DNA from: Eledone cirrhosa
Taxonomy: Eukaryota
Assembly (NCBI GenBank): GCA_964016885.1
Contig: OZ024755.1
Location: 30,876,001-30,940,000 of the forward strand
DNA length: 64,000 nucleotides
Reading direction: 5' to 3'
This document shows, piece by piece, positions 54,371-64,000 of this stretch. Position 1 is the first letter of the stretch; each line of letters opens with the position of its first letter. The position numbers and the translations under genes were made by a program. The notes beneath the pieces are model-generated. The model did not search any database and had not been told where the DNA came from. It saw only the letters and a list, made by a program, of their open reading frames with translations.

Positions 54371-56325
54371 TTGCGAGGTTTTTGATATGAAATCGTGTGT
54401 CGAAACAAATATTGTTATACTTGGGGAGGGTCATATTGTTGTAATAATATTGCCAGAAATAATAACAGAACACACTCACTGTTTGATTGGTTTTCGCTTC
54501 TGTATCTTTTGTATCTCCACAGTTAATTTATTTGGCAATCAATGTTTATCATTGACTGACCAACGGTTAAAAATACAGATATAAATATATATTGTCTAAC
54601 AAAGTTCTTTCGTTACACATCTGCAACATCATCAGTGGTACTATTATCATGTTTCCTCCTATTGTGTTGTGTTTAAGCCATTTTTATTTTATTTATATAT
54701 TTATTTATTTTTGTCTCCGTCTCTGCGCATGCGTTTGCGCGTGTGTGTTCGCGTTTGGGTGTATATGTTTTGGTTTTTGTATTCTATCTTTGTTTATTAG
54801 TGTTTATATGTGTTTGTTGTTATTGTACTTGTGTATATATTTATTTATTTATTTATTTATTTTTCTCTTAAGTCAATATTGTTTGTTTGGGTGGTGTTGT
54901 TATTCCATTCATTTTTTCTGTTTAACTTTGGCTTTCTAAGCTCTATTTCGCTTGCTTCTCTGATTTACCTACCTGTTGGATCATTTCTATGTTTAGATAT
55001 TATTTTAATTTCTATGTTGTCTATGTTTCCGTCATGTTTTTGTCTGGCGTGTTCGTATAGTACTGAACCGTTTTTTTTTTTTTGTCTTTTTAATTCCCCC
55101 CAGTGCTTTCTCCTATGCTTCGACCTGTCTCACCTATGTATGTCGTTGTCATGTTTCTGCAAGTACCCTCTGTACATCTTATGCTATAGACTACATTTCT
55201 AGTTTTACAGTTTATCTGGAGGTTTACTTTACATATAACACATTTCTTATTAGTACAGTGGGTTTTCTTAAAGGGGTATGTTTTGCTGATCAGGAATTTT
55301 ATGGTGGTTCCTGGCTTTTCTACCACTTTAATCTTTAAGTGGGTCTTTCTTGGGGCCTTTCTACATTGGTTAGCTAATTTCCCCCCAGAGGTAGCATCCA
55401 TGAATATGACACTCTGGTATCTCTGGTTGTCGTACCATGAGGCGGCTTTCTTATGTTTAGCCCTATCCAAGCTATTCCATGATTTGCTCCTGTATAATGG
55501 GAAAATTCCTTTCATGTCCAGTTCTATGAGGGTCTTATACTTCTCCGTGGCTCCTTCGTATACTCTGATTCTGTCTCTTTGGTTGTAGCCAGAGAACTGC
55601 ATGCGATTGATGAGGTGTTGGATGTGTCTTTCCATTTCTGTTGGGTCGCACATGCGGGACACATTCTTCATCACTCGTACCAAGTCTGCGATCAGAATAT
55701 TAAACTTAGCACTACTGGACATTGCTGATTTTTTGAGTATCAGGTATTTGGAGGCCATGGGTTTAGCATAGTGTGAGTGGAGAATTTGGGCACTCTCATT
55801 TATACTGTTAATCCAGAGTTCCGTGTCTAATACAGGTAGTCTATTGTTAGGGTGTTTGGAAGGGTAGTCGATAGTTACAGTTATACTCTCGTGTATGGAG
55901 TTAGCTATCTGATGGATACTTTTCATTGTGCTATATTCTAAATCATGTTCGTTAGTACTCTCTTGTGGGGGTGTTCCTATTACTATATTAATATCGTCTA
56001 CGTAACGAGAGTACATGACGAGGTCTATGGAACTCTCTTCAAGGAGATCTTTGAGTCTTCTTTCTCACCACACCATAAATAGATTGGCAACATCACCAGC
56101 TATGCTGACGCCAATGGCTGCTCCCTCATTCTGGGTGTAAATCTTTTCATTGAATTTAAACATATGGCCCTTTAGGGTGGTTTTAATACTAGCCACTATT
56201 GCATGGGCGACCATTTTTCTCACCTGATCATTGTTTTGGGGTGTCCGTATAGCTTTGTTCCACCCATTCCACCTTCCCATGGGAGTCTCTTTTGCCATTG
56301 AGGTTATGGTGGGGGGGTCTACCTC
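54365..56325 (-). mobile_element. Penelope-like element, 5'-truncated: RT + GIY-YIG endonuclease + 3' pseudo-LTR
   Basis: YTQNEGAAIGVSIAGDVANLFMVW, YSRYVDD, LPVLD, HYAKPMAS, Cys-rich linker, NVVYSIRC..C..YIGETGRSIGE. After a frameshift it continues SVLYEHARQKH...GR*IREASEI..LNRKNEW (to about 54900). One in-frame TGA at 56065. Sense hammerhead at 54598-54639. Confidence 0.9.
54598..54639 (-). ncRNA. Minimal hammerhead ribozyme in the 3' pseudo-LTR of the Penelope-like element
   Basis: ACCA-CTGATGA-T-GTTGCA gatg TGTAAC-GAAA-GAAC-TT-TG; same sense as, and about 300 nt downstream of, the GIY-YIG coding region. Confidence 0.75.
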
Positions 56326-56443
56326 TTATGATGAAGGACTAGCGTCCTAAATGTTAAGACCCTCTCCCAGCTATATCAAGCGTTAACCTAATATATACCT
56401 TCCATATACTGTACCGATTGTGTCGTTATTTCTGTTTACCTTT

Positions 56444-56510
<67 letters not shown>

Positions 56511-57329
56511 AAATGTTTAACCCTGACGGCAGAGCTCAAGCCGTTTCGATATATACATATCCAGGGAGTGTAACGCGAAGTTACTATAGGTTCACCCAGG
56601 TGAGCACTCGATGTTTAGGTTCACGTCAGTATCGCGGTGTAGAGCTAGACAGAGTGTAGTATAATAATGCAAGCACGAATGGCTACTCCTTCATTACGTT
56701 TATTGGTTGATGTGCAATATGCAGTAGAAAGCAGCTAGGTGGCAGGGTTCATGCAGAAGTTAGGTGCGCAGAGCTGGAAATATTCATTAGTTAAGCAGAA
56801 CAAGACCACAAATTTCACAAGGAAGACATTATTAAAAGATTGTCAACATATTATAGTTTGATGTAAGGAATGTAGAGAATAATAATAATAATATTAATAA
56901 TAATAATGTCCGTTTACAATTGTTTCGCTACTCCATATAATATTTCTGGATCAGATGACTATATATCATAATTGATCTGGTTCAGTTGAAAATAATTAAC
57001 ACATTTAAAAGACAGAGTGACTCATTGGAACTTCAAAGGAATATAAATTAAAATAATGAGATAATGTTACATAATATAATGTTCCATATATTGGTTTTTA
57101 CTATGGTGTCTTGGTTGCATCAGTTGTCAGCCATAATCAAGCAGTATTCATCTGTCGAGGCTGCATTGTGTGAGATCTGCCTATGGGTAACAAGAATCGC
57201 AGAATGACATTGTTATTATTAATATTATTATTATTATTCTCTACATTCCTTACATCAAACTATAATATGTTGACAATCTTTTAATAATGTCTTCCTTGTG
57301 AAATTTGTGGTCTTGTTTTGCTTAACTAA

Positions 57330-57385
<56 letters not shown>

Positions 57386-58227
57386 TGAACATATGTTCAG
57401 GGATGGCGAATTCATTCATTCATTTATTGTTGTCATTCTGCAATTACCACCTGAGCTGGTCAGGACTGAATTCTTTTTACATGGAATATTCAGGTTTCAT
57501 TCACTGGCAGCGCGATTAATTTACAGAAACCTATACTACTCTTGTTTCATTTGAGATTTAGATATCAATTCCCTTTGAAAAGCCTTTTCCATTCGTACTT
57601 TTGTTTTTATATTCCTTTCAAACTTCTCTATATTCTTGTCATCATTCTTTAAACAAGCTACAATATGCATGTCGCATTTGTCAAGAGATTTCAACTTCTT
57701 TTCCACATTAGATATTCGTGTTAAGTCAGAACCTTTGAGTCATCGATATCACAATGGTAGAAAAGTTAGCAAGCGTTTCTAAATTTAGTGACGTCATCAA
57801 TAGGAAACTTAAGAATGGTTGAATTGAAATAGGCAAAGAAAGAATACGTTTGGCACAAGGCCAGCAATTATCCCAGTGTATTACTGGTACTTTATTTAAT
57901 CGACCCCGTAAGGATGAAAGGCAAAGTTAACTTCGACGGGATTTGAACTCAGACCGTAAGGAGACGTAACTCTATGCTAGAAAGCATGGGATCCAACCCG
58001 CTACCGGTACTGCCAATAATGATACTAATATTGAGTTTTCATCTATTAGAAAAATTATATATATTTCAGAAGATCCCGTTAAGGGAGAAAGCGGGGATTT
58101 TTTGCTTAAACTCGACTCTGTTATTTTAATAAATATTTGCTTTACGGGTTTTTATATATATTTATATATATATAATCCATATCGAGCCCTCTTCGGATTT
58201 TAGTCTTCACATTTTTATTATTACTAA

Positions 58228-58316
<89 letters not shown>

Positions 58317-58485
58317 TGTTAAAGATTGCTTGAAGCATTGTGAAATGTGTAAAATATGTAGTTTAGAAAGCCACAACAAAGCTACCTTTGTTTTGTTTTC
58401 ATTTTCATTTTCACTTTTCTCCTATTTCTCACTCACTTCTTACCTCGAGATTTCCCATCTGCATTGTTGTGGCTTTCTAAACTAC

Positions 58486-58540
<55 letters not shown>

Positions 58541-58964
58541 TCTGTGTGTGTATACATACATACTAAAGTCTAAAGTCTGTCTTAAGCCAGAAGGCTCATT
58601 TGGCCGGTGCTTATCCTGGTTTTATGGCGTGAAGTGACTGAGAGTACAAAGACTACCGTCCCTGGACAGGACGCCAGTCCATCGCAGGGTTAAACCCCTA
58701 GCCATTGCTGGTACTCATTTTCAGCTGAGTATCGATATTAAATTTGATATCCGTATAAACTTCACAACTTATAAATCTCAAAGATTTGCATTTGATATGT
58801 CAAGGTTTCATATATTTTGCATACTATTCATATCATTATCCAAACATCCCAGTGAGGCGACCATTGTCTAATTTTAACTAATATGAGGCTCTTTTCGGAC
58901 ATAAAGCATTCTATCCAACGTTCTAACGATTCTACCAATTTGCCACCTGACCAGTAATATATAT

Positions 58965-59150
58965 AATTGTTTCTACTTTTAGCACAAGGCCAGTAATTAC
59001 CCCAGTGCATTACTGGTGCTTTATTTTATTGACCCCGTAAGATTGAAACGCAAAGTTAACCTCGGCGGGATTTGAACTGAGACTGTAAAGGGGCGTAACT
59101 ATGCGGCAATGCATGGTGTCCGACTTGCTACCGATACTGCCAATCCACCA
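58965..59150 (-). mobile_element. Full-length SINE family A copy
   Basis: Complete match; taatatatatataat on both flanks. Confidence 0.85.
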
Positions 59151-59557
59151 CCCTAATATATATATAATGCAAATACATAATATGCATGCTATCGGTAAAT
59201 GTTAAATGTTATACGAACTGACAAGCTAGTGTCATGGCTGCCACAGAGTTTATAGCAAATATACTAAAACCTTATATCAAAACATACCAAATCCATCATA
59301 GTAAGGTTAAACTCATTTGTCAATGTAAACTAAATACAATAAGTTATACTTATTGATAGCGATATGTATCACTACAATACCTACAACAAAGACTTAATTT
59401 CTAGAATCGGCATCTGAAAGTTTTTTCATAAATTCTATAGACTTCATCTTCAGAACACTGGTCTCTGCATCCTGTAGGCTAAGAGCACTTTTGTGCGACA
59501 TCGTGAGTCTCAAGTAAATCTTTATATATGCTAATTTGCTGAATAATCTCTCTCTCC

Positions 59558-59684
<127 letters not shown>

Positions 59685-59891
59685 TAACCCCGACGGCAGA
59701 GCTCAAGCCGTTTCGACGGCTATTTCTGGACCTGAAACAGCTGTCGTCCAGAAATAGCCGGTCCAGGAATAGCAGTCGAAACGGCTTGAGCTCTGCCGTC
59801 GGAGTTAAACTTTTTCCTATTACCCGCTCTACTACCTTAAGTATTGAATACTCTGGTGGGTTATGGTCCATCTGATTCCTTACCACCTTCG

Positions 59892-59962
<71 letters not shown>

Positions 59963-61084
59963 GGTAAATATTGATGCAATTCAATTCAAGCACTCAACGT
60001 ACTTTTTCCACATAGGAGTGACGGAGTAAATATCGAATAAGGAAAAGCGAAGTAGTTGGACTTGAACATCTGAAACTACTTCGCTTTTCCGTATTCTATA
60101 TATATATATCCATCTATCTATCTATCTTGCTTGAACACCTTGTAACTATCAAGCTCAAATATATATGAGCTACTACAACGCTTGGAAAGTGTCAACAAGC
60201 TATTCATCATGGAGTAATACTTCCTGTTGAGATAGGATGAGACATGACCCGAGCTTGGGAAAAGCTGCAAACTGAACAATGTCTTTTACCACCACATAAC
60301 CAAACTCACAGAGGAAAGCAATGACGGATTTCTCAGCTTCAGTTTTTATCTCTGCATCAATTAGTGTTCTTTTCTTTCCTTTCAAAGAATTTAATATATT
60401 TTCCCATCTAAAAGCTGATGCAGAGAAAAAAAGTGTATAACGTTTATATGAAGCTAAAATAATTGACAGCTTCATTACATCGAAGGATAGCAGCCTGTTC
60501 AACTAGATTCAATGAGTTTTTTTATATGGGTGGTCCAGGGGCAATGTCCCCCTTCGCCCTCCTTTAAATCCGGTTCTGTGGAAGTACATTGTGGATGCTC
60601 GCCGGTTGCGCTAAAATGATTAGACAGAAAAAGACGCACTTTTTAATTCACATTTTCGAGAAACTTCCCGGTATCCAGCTGAGCACACACCATCACTACA
60701 TTAGGCAACTCATACATCCACGCAACACCTGCACACCTTGTTGCTTTGGGTTGTTAAGAGACAATTTTCCGTCTAAGCTGAGACGTCTACATGCAAGTCA
60801 CTGAGAATATGCTTCAAACTCGTCAGGTTTGTACATGTCTGTACACGTTGTCTTCCCATCACCGCAGGAATTTGAGGAAAATGAAATAAAAATCAGGAGA
60901 AATTAACCCTTAGATTCAACAGACCTATCTAAGATAACAACAGTATGATGTGGTTTAATGTGAATAGGTTATTATTTTTAGCAGATCGTAAAATGTTGGT
61001 AAGATGTGTTACAGTGAAGATCGGTCGAGGATTTTTACTCTGATACTATAAATATCTGTCTAAAGAGAGTCTCGATCCCGGGGG

Positions 61085-61330
61085 CTCATTTAGCTGGTGC
61101 TTGTCCCGGTTTCCGTGGCATGAAACGATTGGGAGCACAAGACTCCCTCCTGGACTGAATACCAGTCCATCATATGGTTAAACCTCCGGCTACTGTTGGT
61201 ACTCATGTTCAGCTGAATATACTGGAGCAACGTGAAATGAAGTGTTTTGCTCAAGACCACAACACACAACTCAGTCCAGGATTCGAACTCACGACATTAT
61301 GATCACAAGTCGAATACACTTACCACTGTG
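61085..61330 (-). mobile_element. SINE family B copy
   Basis: Reverse-complement match to 44052-44335. Confidence 0.75.
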
Positions 61331-61402
61331 TTTCTACACGCTAACAGTAGAATAATAGAACTGCAACCATCTAACTATGGATAGGTTCTTTTGAATGGTG
61401 AT

Positions 61403-61811
61403 CAGAGGTGTAACTAGGGACAATAGTACCTCTGGCAATTAGTGAAATTACGCCCCTGCCCAAACATCTGGCACCATAAAACTACCTCTAAAATACCATA
61501 AAACCACCTCTAAAATACCATAAAAACACCTCAAAAATACCAATCGCGTTAGTTAATTATTTAATTAAACAATACATGAAAATGACTGCATCTTCCATGC
61601 TTTTACTGATGCAGCTACCATAGTGCTTCTCACCCATGATAATCAAAGACAGGTCATACATCTTAAGAACTTATTTTTTTCACTCTCCAACGACAGCTTA
61701 TCTTACTTTAATTGAAAGTGCTCCAATTGAAAGTGCATCCACCCACCCGCACTCCCTTCAAGTGGCACCCATGGCCCCTGCCATGTTTGCCCTACCTTAG
61801 TTGTGCCTCTG
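61403..61811. mobile_element. hAT-type MITE
   Basis: TIRs cagaggtgtaactaggg / ccttagttgtgcctctg; perfect 8-bp TSD ATGGTGAT; internal short tandem repeat accataaaa(a/c)(t/c)acctc. Confidence 0.75.
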
Positions 61812-62893
61812 ATGGTGATTAACGATAAATAAAGAGGATTTCAAAGTTTCAAATTGTTTCTCATACTAATTTTCAGTGTTTGTCAGTGTTTACGTTAAAG
61901 TTACTCCAAAGCCTAGAGGCTCATCGGAGCCTGAGTTTATCAGTTTCAGTGACTGAAAGTTCAAGAATTCTCTTGGACGGGCACCAGTTTATCATAGGAC
62001 TAACCCTCATGTGAAGGCGCATGGATTAAGGTTAGAGCATTGGGCTTTGAATCGAAAGGTTGTGAGTTCGATTCTCGGACATGGTGATGCGTTTATTTTA
62101 CGTTGCTCCAGTTTGCTCAGCTGTAGAAATGAGTTGCGATGTGACTGGTGTCAAGCTGTATCGACCATAGCCTTTCTCTTGGACATCACCATATATATAT
62201 TGTACATATATTGTATATATACTGTACAATTGTTTCTACTTTTTGGCACAAGGCCAGCAATTACCCAGTACATTACTGGTACTTTATTTTATCGACCCCG
62301 TAAGGATGAAAGGCAAAGTCAACCTCAGCGGGATTTGAACTCAGATCGTTAAGGGACGTAACTATGCTGGAAAGCATAGTGTATATATAATGTAAGTAGT
62401 GTATATATAGTATATACATGGTGTATATATCAGTTGTGACGTCACTGGTGTCAAGCTGTATCGGCCATAGCCTTTCTCTTGGACATCATCGGTGGCGTGG
62501 AGAGGGGAGACTGGTATACATGGGCGACTGCTGGTCTTCCACAAAACAAACCTTGCCCGGACTTGTGCTTCGGAGGGAAAGTTTCTAGGTGCAAATCACA
62601 TGGTTATTCGTGACCGAAGGGGGATCTACTTCGAACCCTCGTCAGCTACTGGTACCGTGTGAATTGACAGGATCAACGTGAAATGAAGTGTCTTACTCAA
62701 GAACACAATACACCCTTATTAGTTCAAGACATTCACGAACTTTTTATTCTATGTATAAAATTAAAGCATGCATATATTTGCATGCATATATAAATATATA
62801 TTTATTCATGTCAACATATACATAAACATATAGGTGTGTATAGTTAATGAATTAATGTATATTCAAATAGTGAATCACATATTTGTGTACTGA

Positions 62894-62894
<1 letters not shown>

Positions 62895-62925
<31 letters not shown>

Positions 62926-63110
62926 TTTTGTGCGCGCGCGTACGCAAGTGTCTGTCTGTCTCTCTATATGTATGTATGTATGTACGTATGTATGTATATA
63001 TGCATGTCTGGCTGTCAGTTTGTATATGTATGTATGTAGAAATGAATGTATGTATGAATGAATGTATGTATGTATGAATGAATGTATATGTGTGTATGTA
63101 TGTATGTATG

Positions 63111-63144
<34 letters not shown>

Positions 63145-63295
63145 TGTATGTATGTATGTATGTATGTATGTATGTATGTATGTATGAATGTATGTATGAA
63201 TGAAGGTATGTATGTATGCATGTCTGTCTGTCTGTTTGTATGTCTGTATGTATGTCTGTATGTATGTATGTGTGTATATATGTATGTATGTATGT
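62895..63295. repeat. (TG)n/(TATG)n microsatellite downstream of the GPCR stop
   Basis: Direct inspection. Confidence 0.95.
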
Positions 63296-63525
63296 CAAAA
63301 TGTCCGTTAGGGGAATATATACGCCGAGGGAAAAAAAAACAATCACTTACACAAAATAAAATATTAGGATCTGTGATTGATATTTATTTATCTATGCCCT
63401 GTACAGTATTCGATAGATCTAGATAGACAAACAGATAGATCTAGACAAACAGATAGTCCCGAGTTCGAGACACGGCGTGGTCAACTATTTTATCGAACTT
63501 ATCCATAAGCTCGATAAAATAGACT

Positions 63526-64000
63526 TCACTCTTCCAAATTTGAGTCCTCGTGCTGAAAACTATTAGGGTTGAAAATGAAGCTACTGTTGGTATTACTTGT
63601 CGTTGATACTCTGCTGATTTGTTTATTCCGTCGCAATGGAATAGATTTATCAGAGTTCTTTTTGACGTAGTTTGGAATGCCATAAATTATTGGTATTTGC
63701 TTTGTATTAGAATCTGGGAACGGTCTGTTAAGCAATCTTTTGACAGCTTTAACGAACTCTTTGCTACCTATCCAGTATACCAAAAAACCTGAGCTGGAGT
63801 GCATATGCACCAGTAAAGCCACGAATAAATACACCTCTTCTTGTATTCTATTATTTGGGTCAACGGCGATAACAAACACATATGGAATCCAACAAACTAT
63901 GAAGACCATGAACAAAAGAAAAATAGTCCGGGATGTGCGCAAAGTTTCAGCAAGCCAGGATCTCTTCCCTCGGATGCTATGTGTATCGTTAAGTTTACAA
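63526..64000 (-). CDS. 3' part of a rhodopsin-like (class A) GPCR, resembling invertebrate melatonin-receptor-like proteins; truncated by the window edge
   Basis: The frame is open to the edge (CKLNDTHSIRGKRSWLAETLRTSRTIF...). TM6 with FIVCWIPY, TM7 LLVHMHSSSGFLVY, helix-8-like SKEFVKAVKRLL, polar tail, TGA at 63526. Confidence 0.85.
   Translation of the reverse strand, partial: CKLNDTHSIRGKRSWLAETLRTSRTIFLLFMVFIVCWIPYVFVIAVDPNNRIQEEVYLFVALLVHMHSSSGFLVYWIGSKEFVKAVKRLLNRPFPDSNTKQIPIIYGIPNYVKKNSDKSIPLRRNKQISRVSTTSNTNSSFIFNPNSFQHEDSNLEE

Noticed and set aside
57480-57800. Possible LINE ORF1 coiled-coil remnant on the minus strand
   Set aside because: Lys/Glu-rich but interrupted by stops and without diagnostic motifs.
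60180-60502. Possible hAT transposase C-terminal remnant
   Set aside because: Only a vague resemblance; no motif could be confirmed by eye.

Overview
Eukaryotic, AT-rich, microsatellite-saturated DNA with no prokaryotic features. The SINE repertoire and repeat landscape suggest a coleoid cephalopod, probably an octopus (inference, not verified). Two host genes are readable, both on the minus strand. The first is a complete five-coding-exon, 362-aa membrane-anchored classical short-chain dehydrogenase/reductase (SDR9C-like; RDH/HSD17B6/BDH1 type) at 42816->17263, with all introns GT-AG and in phase. The second is the 3' end (TM6-TM7-tail) of a class A GPCR running off the right edge. The rest is mostly mobile-element debris: a Tx1/L1-clade LINE, a Dong/R4-type fragment, RTE and CRE-type fragments, a truncated Penelope-like element (RT + GIY-YIG), at least two tRNA-derived SINE families, MITEs and a 33-bp minisatellite. 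The most striking hidden signal is about 15 minimal type I hammerhead-ribozyme motifs with an intact core, plus degenerate and half copies, in several unrelated sequence families. They sit in short, often fold-back elements inserted in (TA)n tracts; one family is physically tied to the Penelope-like ORF. Most ORFs in the supplied track are microsatellite artefacts. Everything was read by eye; repeat boundaries are approximate.
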